Shown here: one piece after another, positions 10,793 to 20,528 of the stretch | Layout: each line of letters begins with the position of its first letter | Numbering within the stretch: the first letter of the stretch is position 1 | Assembly: GCA_963756875.1 (NCBI GenBank) | Contig: CAVWPA010000003.1 | Coordinates: forward strand, 1,632,001 to 1,696,000 | Direction: 5' to 3' | Source: an uncultured Verrucomicrobiae bacterium | GTDB lineage: Bacteria > Verrucomicrobiota > Verrucomicrobiia > Chthoniobacterales > UBA10450 | DNA: 64,000 nt | Program-made: the position numbers and the translations under genes | The notes under the pieces: generated by a model | Database searches by the model: none | What the model was told of the DNA's origin: nothing | The model's input: the letters and a program-made list of their open reading frames with translations, nothing else

Positions 10793-12591
10793 ATGGACGA
10801 AAATATAAAAGATCAGGAATTCTCGGACGCTCCTGTGGAGCCAGAGAAAACGCGTGCGGATTCAAACAATGCAGCCGACACGGCTGCCGCTAAAGAAGAG
10901 GGGGCTGTAGAGGCAGGCGTGCCGCCTGCGGGGAAGACGAAAGGAAATGCAGCCGATACGGCTGCCGCTAAAGAAGAGGGGACTGTAGAGGCAGGCGTGT
11001 CGCCTGCGGGGAAGACGAAAGGAAATGCAGCCGACACGGCTGCCGCTACAGAAGAGGGGGCTGTAGAGGCAGGCGTGTCGCCTGCGGGGAAGACGAAAGG
11101 AATGCAGCCGACACGGCTGCCGCTACAGAAGAGGGGACTGTAGAGGCAGGCGTGTCGCCTGCGGATACTGGTTCCCCGAAGGCTTTCGGTGGCATTAGAG
11201 AAAAGGATGCAGCAGAGGCGACGGAGCCAACTGTAGAGGCAGGCGTGTCGCCTGCAGGGAAAACCGAACGCAACGCAGCCGGCACGGCTGCCACTACAGA
11301 AGAAGGGGAGGAGCAACCGCGTGAAATGGCGCGCGCACTGGATCTGAACGAGTTGCAGGCGCTTTCGCCCAAGGCTCTTGATTCGGTGACGCGTGAGTTT
11401 GGTCTGCACCTTTTTCCCACACGCTCGCGTCATCATCGCATCCTCGATCTCGCACGCGCGGCATTGGGCCGCGGTTCGATCGTCACCGCCGAGGGTTTTC
11501 TCGATCAGGCCGACGATTCTTCCGTTGGTTTTTTGCGCTGGCCGAAATTGAATTTTCTGCCGGTGCCAGAGGATGTTTGCGTCCCGCGCGCCGTGATCCA
11601 GCGATTTCATTTGCGGCCGGCGCAGCGCGTTGCCGGCACACTTCGCCTCCCGCGCGATCGCGAGAAAGGTCTTGTTCTGGATGAAGTCACCACGATTGAA
11701 GGCCAGCCGGCGGAGCAATGGACGGAGCCGGCGGACTTCGAAAAACTGACGCCGCAATTTCCGCAGGGACGCATCATGCTGGAAAATACCAAGACGGGCT
11801 CGATCAGCGCGCGCGCGGTCGATCTTCTTGCGCCGCTGGGGCGCGGCCAGCGCGGCTTGATCGTGGCGCCGCCGCGCGTTGGCAAAACGATTTTGCTAAA
11901 GGAAATCGCCAAGGCGATTCGAGTGAATCATCCGGACATCATTCTGATTCTGCTTTTGGTGGACGAGCGCCCGGAAGAAGTGACCGATCTCGAGCGCGAG
12001 GTCGATTGCGAGATTTACCATTCCAATTTCGATGAAAGCGTGCAGCGGCACGTGCAGGTGGCGGAGCTGGTGCTGGAACGCGCCAAGCGCCTGGTGGAAA
12101 TGAAACGCGATGTGGTCATTCTGCTTGATAGCCTCACGCGGTTGTCGCGCGGTTACAATAATCTGCAACCGAGCAAGGGGCGCATCATGTCGGGCGGAGT
12201 GGAAGCCAAGGCGTTGATTAAGCCGAAGAAATTTTTTGGCTCGGCGCGCAATGTCGAAGAAGGCGGCAGCCTGACCATCCTTGCGACGGCGCTTATCGAA
12301 ACCGGCAGTCGCATGGACCAGTTGATCTTCGAGGAATTTAAAGGCACGGGGAACATGGAGTTGCATCTCGACCGCGCGCTGCAGGAGAAACGGTTGTATC
12401 CGGCGATCCACCCTTTGCAATCGGCGACGCGCCGCGAGGACCTGCTTTATCACCCCGAGGAATGGGAACGCGTCCAGTTGTTGCGCAAAGGGATGGCGGC
12501 GCTGCCGCCAATCGAAGCGATGGAGAAATTGATCGAGAATCTCGAAGTCACGAAAACGAACGCGGAGCTGTTGTTGAGCGGTTTGAAATGA
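10793..12591 (+). CDS. rho: Transcription termination factor Rho with a repeat-derived N-terminal extension; one frameshift at about 11100
   Basis: [62 protein letters not shown]. Restoring one A in the third repeat joins ORF 10793-11143 to ORF 11152-12591. Confidence 0.95.
10868..11300 (+). repeat. Tandem 78-bp REP-doublet array inside rho
   Basis: Units start at 10868, 10946, 11024 and 11101, plus one spaced copy at about 11231-11300. Each holds gcagccgacacggctgc and gtagaggcaggcgtgtcgcctgc hairpins. Confidence 0.95.
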
Positions 12592-12596
12592 GAGCA

Positions 12597-12727
12597 AAAG
12601 CTCCAAGCACCAAGTTCCAAGCACCAGAGAAGTACCAATCCTCAATCTCCAAAAGCTGGATGCGTGTTCATTTGAGGATTGGAGCTTGGAATTTCACTGG
12701 ATGTTGGTGCCTGGGATTTGGAGCTTC
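12597..12727. repeat. Heptamer-periodic palindromic intergenic element
   Basis: aagctccaagcaccaagttccaagcacca...tggtgcctgggatttggagctt; related copies at about 32365-32505 and 10052-10097. Confidence 0.75.
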
Positions 12728-12733
12728 CGCCGC

Positions 12734-13795
12734 GTGATCACTTCAGCGTGCCAACTTGCGGATTTGATTGCGCAGATCACGCCGTGTGATCGTGTTGCGG
12801 TCGATACCGAAGCGGACAGCCTTCACAGTTATCGGGAAAAGCTTTGCCTGCTGCAGATCAGCCTGCCGGCGGCGGGGTCAGGCGTCGATTTTATTGTCGA
12901 TCCGTTGTCGGAAGTCGATCTTGCGCCTCTTGCCCGGCTGCTGGCGGAAAGGGAGATTGTGTTGCACGGCGCGGATTACGATCTCCGATTGTTGCGGCGA
13001 GGCCTCAACTTTGTCGCGAAACGAATCTTCGACACTGTTATTGCGGCCCGTTTAATTGGGATCCGGCAGTTCAGCCTGGCTGCACTGGTCGAGCGTTATT
13101 TTGACGTCAAACTTGCCAAGGGCTCCCAGAAAGCGAATTGGGCGCAGCGTCCGTTGCCTGCGCGGATGGAAGAATACGCCCGCAACGACACGCATTATTT
13201 GTTGCCACTGGCCGATCGTTTGGTAAGCGAACTGGATCGGCTCGAGCGGCTGGAATGGTTTCGTCAATCATGTCAGCGCGCAATCGAGCAAGCTGCGGTA
13301 GATCGCGTGCGAGATGTCGACGAAGCGTGGCGCATTTCTGGGGCGGGCGCGTTGCGCGGACGGGCGGGAGCGGTGTTGCGGGCGCTTTGGAACTGGCGCG
13401 AAAAAGAGGCGGAAGCCGCAGACCGTCCATCCTTTCACGTTTTGCACAACCGCGAATTGTTGAGCTCGGCTGAAAAATTCGCGGACAGCGAAGTGCCCGA
13501 CTACAAACATTTTTCGTTTCGTCGCCGGCAGGCATTCCGCGAAGCGGGCGAACAGGCGCTCAGTTTGCCGGAAGAAGAGTGGCCGGTTTGGCGAAAGGCT
13601 TCGAGAAAACGATCGAGCCCGGCGATTGGGCGACGCGTCGAAGAGTTGAGGCACCATCGGGAGCGCGTGGCAAAGCAGCTTGATCTGGAACCGAGTTTTA
13701 TTGCTCCGAAGGCTGCGCTGGAAGCGGTTGCGGCGGATGAAACGCCCGCCGGCGATCTACTGGTGCCGTGGCAGCGGCAACTGCTTGGGGTTTAG
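12734..13795 (+). CDS. rnd: Ribonuclease D (DEDDy exonuclease + HRDC)
   Basis: AVDTEADSLHSY, HGADYD, FDT.IAA, NWAQRPL, YARNDTHYL; GTG start at 12734 preferred. Confidence 0.9.
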   Translation: MITSACQLADLIAQITPCDRVAVDTEADSLHSYREKLCLLQISLPAAGSGVDFIVDPLSEVDLAPLARLLAEREIVLHGADYDLRLLRRGLNFVAKRIFDTVIAARLIGIRQFSLAALVERYFDVKLAKGSQKANWAQRPLPARMEEYARNDTHYLLPLADRLVSELDRLERLEWFRQSCQRAIEQAAVDRVRDVDEAWRISGAGALRGRAGAVLRALWNWREKEAEAADRPSFHVLHNRELLSSAEKFADSEVPDYKHFSFRRRQAFREAGEQALSLPEEEWPVWRKASRKRSSPAIGRRVEELRHHRERVAKQLDLEPSFIAPKAALEAVAADETPAGDLLVPWQRQLLGV

Positions 13796-13804
13796 AGGCG
13801 GATT

Positions 13805-13949
13805 GGCTTTGTTGAAAACCTGTTTCGAGGCATTGTGTAGCCACCGGCCTATGGCCGGTCTTTTCCGGGAAGTTGCGCTCGCAGAGGACGGCCCCGCAGG
13901 GCCGTGGCTACAAAGAACGCGCTTTTGATCGTAGCTTTTCAACAGAGCC
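13805..13949. mobile_element. MITE with IS903-like TIRs, 9-bp TSD and REP cargo
   Basis: TIRs ggctttgttgaaaacc / gcttttcaacagagcc; direct repeat aggcggatt at 13796-13804 and 13950-13958. Confidence 0.85.
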
Positions 13950-14179
13950 AGGCGGATTCTACAGAAGGAGGGCCGCGGCTCCGCAGCTGCGCGGCTATCA
14001 AATAAGCGAGATCGTACGGCGGCCGGCTCGATTCCCTGCCTCCTGACAGGATGAAAGCGCTTGACTGGAGGGGCGCGCAGCCGCCATAACTGGCGGTCTC
14101 GGATGGTTTCCCTGAAGGGTCTATGAGCATTAAGATTCGAGCCGTTTTGGCGGCATCCGGCGGATAAGAATGGAGTAAT

Positions 14180-17100
14180 ATGAATCGCAAACTCACAAGC
14201 CATGTCTCATGGAGTGCCATAATGTGCGCGTGCGCGATCGCAGCGCCTGCGCTGACATCGGTTGAAGGAGCGGCGTTGAAAGCAGCGCACGTCTCACGAG
14301 TGATTCAGGATGTAAAACTGCTCGCTCCTTCTGCGGCGCCCCGCCCCGCCGCGATCGACGATCCGGTGAAAGAAGGAACGGCTGTGCGGACCGGCATCCA
14401 GTCGCGCGCGGAGCTCACTTTCGCAGACCTGACCATCACGCGGCTTGGCGAAAACACGGTCTTCAATTTTGGAGCGAACGCCCGTGAGTTGGACCTGGCT
14501 ACTGGGTCGGTGCTTGTTCAGGTGCCATCAAAAGCACCGCCGGCCCGAATTACAACAGCGGCAGTGACGGCTGCCATCAGTGGTGGGACCGCCATGTTTG
14601 CGACAGGTCCTCCGATAAAATTCATGGTTTTGGAAGGAACCGGAACTTTTTATCCGAAAGGTCATCCGGAAGAAGCCATCACTCTGCACGGGGGAGAAAT
14701 GATGATGTTCACTCCTGACGGTCACATGGTTGGGCCGATGACATTCGATGTGAAAAAGGTCATGGAAACGTCGCACTTGATTATCGATTTTCCCGACCTC
14801 CCAAACCTGCCGTTGATTTTGGACGTGATGAATGGGCAAACATCAATTTCGATCGCGGGTCCGAGTCCCGCGCCCCAAAAGGACATCGTCGATCTGGTTG
14901 ATCAAACCAACAACGCGTCGTCATCGCCGCCGCCCGGGCCTCCACCATCGGGCACACCGGGCAAATTTGGGCCGCCATCGACGATTGGGTCACCGGTTCC
15001 GTATGTCATTACTTCGGGAACGCAGATTCAAACCGATCCGGTGATTACCACAAACGGCGTGACCAATTACGGGACGATTTATCAAGGCTCGGGGATCGAT
15101 GGTCCGTTTTCAGCCTGGGCGTTTGGTTCGACATCATCTTTTGACACGACCAGCGGATTCGATGGCCAGATCACCCATTCGGGCGCGGTCTTCAAGTTCG
15201 CCTCGCTTTCTCTGGCGGGCGATCCGATGATCGACACAACGAGCGGCGAAACGGGCCTTGGCCTGATCGGTGTGAACAGCGTCATTTCCGGTTCCGGCGG
15301 GATGCTGACCTTTCCCGGGATCGAGGGGTTGCTGATTGCAACAGAAGCCGGGTCGATCAATCTCGGATCGGGAATTTCGTTTAATGGCCCGACCGATTTG
15401 AATTTCTACGCACGCGGCTCCACCAGCGATCTCACGCTGGGCTCGGATGCGACGTCGTCGGGCAACATTCGCCTTTATGCCGGACGCGATATCCAGGTCA
15501 ACAGCGCCATAAGCACTCCGACTTTCACTGCATTTTCCGGCGGCGATTTCTTCGCCAACGCATCGGGGACGAACATCATGGCCGACAACATCGACGTCGA
15601 ATCTCTTTCGAACATCACCATCGATGCATCCAAGGTTCCCGATCCGGTGAGCGTGGGCGGCGCGATTATTTTCAACGCGGCGGACACGGTGAACCTCGCT
15701 CTATACGGCGGCGGCAATTTCGGGTGGGACTCGCTCAATATTCAGGGCACGACAGTGAACCTTACGAATCCGGCGCCGACGACGTTCAATTTCTCGAACT
15801 CCAGCAGCGTGACGGTGACCGCCGGCACAGGTGGGATTAACGCGTCGAACATCGAGTTTTTTGGAGACAATCTTACGCTCGATTCTACTGCAAACATCGA
15901 CATTTACTCCGCGACGACGCCGTTGGACATGAATAACAATCCGGCGATCTCCGGCTCGATCACCGCGAACGGGAATATCGATGCTGCGGGAGAGATTGAT
16001 ACCGGGATATTGCACGCGGACGGCAACATCACCGGTGGTGGCGCGCTGAAGGCGGGAGACATCAGCGCCAACGGCAACATCATGGCGGACAGCGACATTT
16101 TCGCCTACGGCGGCTCGATCACGGCGGATGGAGATATCATTTCGACCAGCGGCAGCATTGAGCTTCAGCAAAACCCGCCCGGCACGTTCGGTAACATTAC
16201 TGCCGGTGGAGATATTAGCGCGGCCGGCGGAATATTTACACCGGGCGACCCGGTGATAGTGATGGCGGACGGGTCGATCACAGCTCCGGGTGTGATTACC
16301 GGTACGCTTCAGGCCGGGACCGATATCACAATCGACAATTCGGGCGGCGGTTTTGGCTTCGGCATCGTGGCCAACCATGTCAGCGCCGGCGGCACGCTTT
16401 ACCTGATCAATTCGCCCACGATCTCACCCAACAACGGCGGCTCGGGCGGGAATGACGGAGAGACGCTCGACGACTTCAGCATGACGGTGGGATCGATTTC
16501 CAGCACGGGACCGACTTTTGCCGTCCTTTCGTCCAACGGCGGCGATGCGGATTCGAACTTTGTTGATTCGAATCCGGGCAACGGCGGCAATATCACGCTC
16601 ATGATTACGGCCGGCGGCCTCAACGTTGGCGAACCGCTCACCTATGGTGTGATCAGTTTGACGGATCTCGAGTCGATTCAGGCAAACGGAGGGGCCTACA
16701 ATGCGAGCGGTCCGTTCGGCGGTGGTAACGGCGGCACGATCAACATTACCGCTGCCGGCGACGTGACGATCGATTCTACGCAAGATGGTTCGCCGACAAT
16801 CTTCGCCAGCTCTGGCATTGTTTCCGACGATACGACTCAGTTCGCGGGTAATGGCGGCACGGTGAACATTACTTCCACCGGCGGCGCGGTCGCGGTCGAG
16901 GGCTCGATCGAGGTATCTTCAGAAGATTCTGCTCATCGACCCGAAGACCCGTTTGGAAGAGAAAGCGCCAGCGGCGGAACGATTGACCTGCAAAGCAACC
17001 TTACTACTGGCATCGGTATTACCGTGGGAGCGAATGGCTCACTGCTCTCCTACCTGAGTTTGGACGCCCTTAATGCGGATGGCGCGCCTGGCTCGATTAC

Positions 17101-19480
17101 ACTCTCCACCATGGGAGCCGACATCGTCGTGAACGGCACGGTGCGCGCTGATTTTGGCACAATTACCATCGATCAAGATGATCCGGTGGCGGCGACTCCC
17201 ACGATCACGCTCGACGGCGCCACATTGCAGGGAGCCAGGCTCAATATTAATGGAAGCGGCGATCTCACCATAGGGCCGAACTACAGCACCGCGATCAATG
17301 TTTACAGCGACAGCACGTGGAATGTGTCGCATGACATTACGATTAATGCTGCGAATACGAGCTTTGCGTATGCTTTCACGCTGAATGCCACGGCGGGCAA
17401 CGCGATTAATTTCACTGGCGGAAGTTCTGGCTCCCCTGCGACGCTCACGTTGCCGCTCTCAGGCGACACGACTTTCCAAGCCGGGACCGGAGGTATCAAC
17501 GCGCAATACGTCGATATCCAATTTGCTGGCGCGGCATTGAATCTTGTGTCGGGCGGCGACATTACCGCGAATTCCATCGCTTTTACTGATTACTATGCTC
17601 GTGGAAGCGTGAACGCCGTGGGCGCGCTGACGGTCACCAACGATCTCAACAGTGGCGATGTTAGCGCGGCAAGCATCGATGCCGGAGGCGACTCTTTAAC
17701 GGGTTCGCTAACGAGTAGTAGCACGATCAATATTGGTGGAAGAATGGGCTCCTTCGGCACGGTGACGGCGAATGGCGCCATAACCGCGGGCACGGTGGCT
17801 GTGCCGACGATTGTCGATCCCAACGGCGTTCTCACCGTCGGAAGTGGCGGTATTAAACCATTTGTCTTTAGCACCGATCCGAGTTTCCCCGCGCAGGGTG
17901 CTAAGGCACCGCATGTTTTCACTGTGGATTCGATTGTTTCGCCTAACGGAATTGATCTTAGTGGCAATCAATTTGGCGGTATCGACGGCTACTCTTCGGG
18001 CGGGATACTCACTTTGAACGTGAACTCAGCGACTTTCGATCCATCAAGCGGGATTGGCATTGTGAACTTTAACGGCGCAGACGCCGGCGCGACCGATTTC
18101 AGCGGAAATGTGTTTACAACAGTTGGTGGAGATGGCGGAACTTTCATTGCGAATGCCGCCGGGGATATCACAGTTACTTCGGATTCGCCCATTACGGCGA
18201 CGACAGGGGAGATCGACCCGAATCTTTCCAATGCAACCGACTCGGGGGCGGGCGGGACGGTCGAACTGAACTCTACAAACGGGACGGTGTCGGTCGATTC
18301 GAGCATCCAGGTTTCTTCAGCAGAGCCGACATCGACAGTTGCGCCGTTCCGATCGAGCTCAAGTGGCGGCAACATCAGCCTCACCAGCGGCAAGACATCC
18401 GGCGTTGCCATCAACCTCACGAGTTCCGCACAACTGCTCGCTCTGTTGAGCAACACGGCCGCCCTCAGTTCGGGAGGCAACATTACAATCGTGGCGACCA
18501 ATGCTGCAAACAACGGCACGAGCACGAGCAGCATCGACATCGACAACACGTACGGCCAGATCAGAGCCGATCGCGGCACGGTCGAGATTCGTCACGATGG
18601 CGATGGCGGCCTGATCAATCTCACCAACTCGAATATCAGCGCCGACATCGTAAAGATCGGCGCGCTTGGAAATGATGGAACGCTGACAATCGGCGGCGGC
18701 ACGATTTCGGCCGATTCGATGTTGAAGCTTTATGCGGGCAGCAGCAATGGTTCCATCGATTTTGTTTCGGACGTCACGCTGAACAGCTCAAGCACGGCGG
18801 CAATTATCGCTGCGAACACGGTAACCATTGAAAACGGCGTGACCGTCACAATCGTCGGACTGGCTGCAATGGTTTACACGAACAATGCCAATTATGCCCC
18901 GCTGGATGCGTTGGGAAATCCAGAAGGCGGAACCAACCTGACCAGTACGGGTCGATTCGGCGGCTCCGGCGCAATTACCAACTCTCTCCCAGCGCCGCTG
19001 TTTGATGATCCTCCTGGAAACTTGCCTATTACCCGCACCGCGAGTGCACCTGCCAATGCTCAGAATGTTTCCAGTGCGAAGGTCACATCATCGGGCGTTC
19101 GTGGTGGAGCTGGCGGGACCGGGCGATTGCAACCCGAAGGCCCCATTAGGCGGAGTGGAAGAAGTGGCGATCTTGTGGCCACCAACGCGAAGAGCGCGGG
19201 CACCGCGATCAATGTTGCCAACTCGGGACAGTTGCTTTCCATGCTCGACGAGGCTGCTCCCGGTCCTGGCGGCAAAATTACGATTGCGCCTTCAAAGAGC
19301 ACCAGGAATGGAGGGAATTCCGCTCGCAGCGGGGTCAGTCGTCGCGTGACGGCCGATGGCAACGCGGCGGACGCCCGGCGCATGCGCGATCGGCGGGTGA
19401 TTCAACCAACCACCAACACTTTCAGCGGCGCGGGGGACAATAACGCGCGGCGCCTCGCCAGCGCACCCGGACTCCATTAG
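14180..19480 (+). CDS. Secreted FecR-domain protein with very long Gly/Asn/Thr-rich beta-helix-like passenger (1766 aa)
   Basis: Signal peptide; FecR motif EGTAVRTGIQSRAELTFADLTITRLGENT; Pro linker; haemagglutinin-like ITA.GDI repeats. Confidence 0.85.
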   Translation: MNRKLTSHVSWSAIMCACAIAAPALTSVEGAALKAAHVSRVIQDVKLLAPSAAPRPAAIDDPVKEGTAVRTGIQSRAELTFADLTITRLGENTVFNFGANARELDLATGSVLVQVPSKAPPARITTAAVTAAISGGTAMFATGPPIKFMVLEGTGTFYPKGHPEEAITLHGGEMMMFTPDGHMVGPMTFDVKKVMETSHLIIDFPDLPNLPLILDVMNGQTSISIAGPSPAPQKDIVDLVDQTNNASSSPPPGPPPSGTPGKFGPPSTIGSPVPYVITSGTQIQTDPVITTNGVTNYGTIYQGSGIDGPFSAWAFGSTSSFDTTSGFDGQITHSGAVFKFASLSLAGDPMIDTTSGETGLGLIGVNSVISGSGGMLTFPGIEGLLIATEAGSINLGSGISFNGPTDLNFYARGSTSDLTLGSDATSSGNIRLYAGRDIQVNSAISTPTFTAFSGGDFFANASGTNIMADNIDVESLSNITIDASKVPDPVSVGGAIIFNAADTVNLALYGGGNFGWDSLNIQGTTVNLTNPAPTTFNFSNSSSVTVTAGTGGINASNIEFFGDNLTLDSTANIDIYSATTPLDMNNNPAISGSITANGNIDAAGEIDTGILHADGNITGGGALKAGDISANGNIMADSDIFAYGGSITADGDIISTSGSIELQQNPPGTFGNITAGGDISAAGGIFTPGDPVIVMADGSITAPGVITGTLQAGTDITIDNSGGGFGFGIVANHVSAGGTLYLINSPTISPNNGGSGGNDGETLDDFSMTVGSISSTGPTFAVLSSNGGDADSNFVDSNPGNGGNITLMITAGGLNVGEPLTYGVISLTDLESIQANGGAYNASGPFGGGNGGTINITAAGDVTIDSTQDGSPTIFASSGIVSDDTTQFAGNGGTVNITSTGGAVAVEGSIEVSSEDSAHRPEDPFGRESASGGTIDLQSNLTTGIGITVGANGSLLSYLSLDALNADGAPGSITLSTMGADIVVNGTVRADFGTITIDQDDPVAATPTITLDGATLQGARLNINGSGDLTIGPNYSTAINVYSDSTWNVSHDITINAANTSFAYAFTLNATAGNAINFTGGSSGSPATLTLPLSGDTTFQAGTGGINAQYVDIQFAGAALNLVSGGDITANSIAFTDYYARGSVNAVGALTVTNDLNSGDVSAASIDAGGDSLTGSLTSSSTINIGGRMGSFGTVTANGAITAGTVAVPTIVDPNGVLTVGSGGIKPFVFSTDPSFPAQGAKAPHVFTVDSIVSPNGIDLSGNQFGGIDGYSSGGILTLNVNSATFDPSSGIGIVNFNGADAGATDFSGNVFTTVGGDGGTFIANAAGDITVTSDSPITATTGEIDPNLSNATDSGAGGTVELNSTNGTVSVDSSIQVSSAEPTSTVAPFRSSSSGGNISLTSGKTSGVAINLTSSAQLLALLSNTAALSSGGNITIVATNAANNGTSTSSIDIDNTYGQIRADRGTVEIRHDGDGGLINLTNSNISADIVKIGALGNDGTLTIGGGTISADSMLKLYAGSSNGSIDFVSDVTLNSSSTAAIIAANTVTIENGVTVTIVGLAAMVYTNNANYAPLDALGNPEGGTNLTSTGRFGGSGAITNSLPAPLFDDPPGNLPITRTASAPANAQNVSSAKVTSSGVRGGAGGTGRLQPEGPIRRSGRSGDLVATNAKSAGTAINVANSGQLLSMLDEAAPGPGGKITIAPSKSTRNGGNSARSGVSRRVTADGNAADARRMRDRRVIQPTTNTFSGAGDNNARRLASAPGLH

Positions 19481-19643
19481 CTTCATTCTGCAAACCAGGC
19501 TCCATTGGGGCGCGCCTTGCGAGCCCAAACTCGGCGCAGGATGGCCACATCTGGCGGCTGAACGTTGTAAAAGCTTGACCTGCCCAAGGCAAGGCCTCAA
19601 AAACGGCGCTTGGAACGCCCTGGGATAGGGGTCTCAGGCAATT

Positions 19644-20525
19644 ATGAGTCGCAACCTTCATCTTGTCGTCCTGGTATCGCTCGCCGCGCTGCCTGCGAGC
19701 AGGTTGAACGCCGCTTCGTCCGTAGAAGCCCGTGTCACGCAAATTTCCAAAACCGTGCAGTTGCTGGCTCCGAAAACCGCCGCGCGTTCAGCATCTCTGA
19801 GCGACAATGTGAGAGAGGGAACCACCGTTCGGACGGTAGGCGACTCGAGCGTTGAGCTAACCTTTTTCGACGGAACGATTGTGCGGCTCGCGGCCAATAC
19901 CGCTTTTAGTTTTGAACGCGGCACACACGATTTGAATCTGGGCGCGGGCGCGGTGTTGGTTCAGGCCTCGGAAGGAGCGAGAGGTGCCAGGATTCACGCC
20001 GGCGACGCCGCAGCTGCAATTACAGGGACAACCGTCATGTGCGAGTATCACGCCGGGGTTTGTAAATTTCTGGTTCTTGAGGGCACTGGCCGATTCTATC
20101 GCCCGGGACATCTCGGCGATTCGGTCCTGGTTAGGCCCGGGCAAATGGTGATCGGCAAACCGAGCGATCCAGTGAGCGATCCGGTAGACTTCGATATCGG
20201 CCGGTTCGTAAGAACCAGCCGGTTGATTATTAATCATCGGCCGCTGCCCAGCGAGCAGTTGATCGCGGCCGAAACTCGGAAACAACAGCGCGAGAAATCC
20301 AAAAAGACTTTGATCGACACTAACCTGGTGATTTTCGGAGGCGGAACTCTGGTGTCGATTACAAAACCCACGCAGACGAATGGTGCTGGTGCGAAGCCGG
20401 GACCGAACGGAATTCCGGCCTCGACCGATCTCGGAAGCGTCCAAACGCCGCCTTCCTTATCGAATCCGGCATCAAATCCGAGTGGATTGAATGCGGTTGA
20501 TCAGGCAGCAGATAGCCGGCGGTAG
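19644..20525 (+). CDS. Secreted FecR-domain protein, no passenger
   Basis: Signal peptide; EGTTVRTVGDSSVELTFFDGTIVRLAANT. Confidence 0.85.
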   Translation: MSRNLHLVVLVSLAALPASRLNAASSVEARVTQISKTVQLLAPKTAARSASLSDNVREGTTVRTVGDSSVELTFFDGTIVRLAANTAFSFERGTHDLNLGAGAVLVQASEGARGARIHAGDAAAAITGTTVMCEYHAGVCKFLVLEGTGRFYRPGHLGDSVLVRPGQMVIGKPSDPVSDPVDFDIGRFVRTSRLIINHRPLPSEQLIAAETRKQQREKSKKTLIDTNLVIFGGGTLVSITKPTQTNGAGAKPGPNGIPASTDLGSVQTPPSLSNPASNPSGLNAVDQAADSRR

Positions 20526-20528
20526 AAT

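Noticed and set aside
11090..11152. Programmed frameshift in rho
   Set aside because: The shift is one missing A relative to two otherwise matching repeat units, which is more simply an indel error or slippage.
10868..11300. CRISPR array
   Set aside because: Intervening segments are near-identical rather than unique spacers, there are no cas genes, and the units are REP doublets inside rho.
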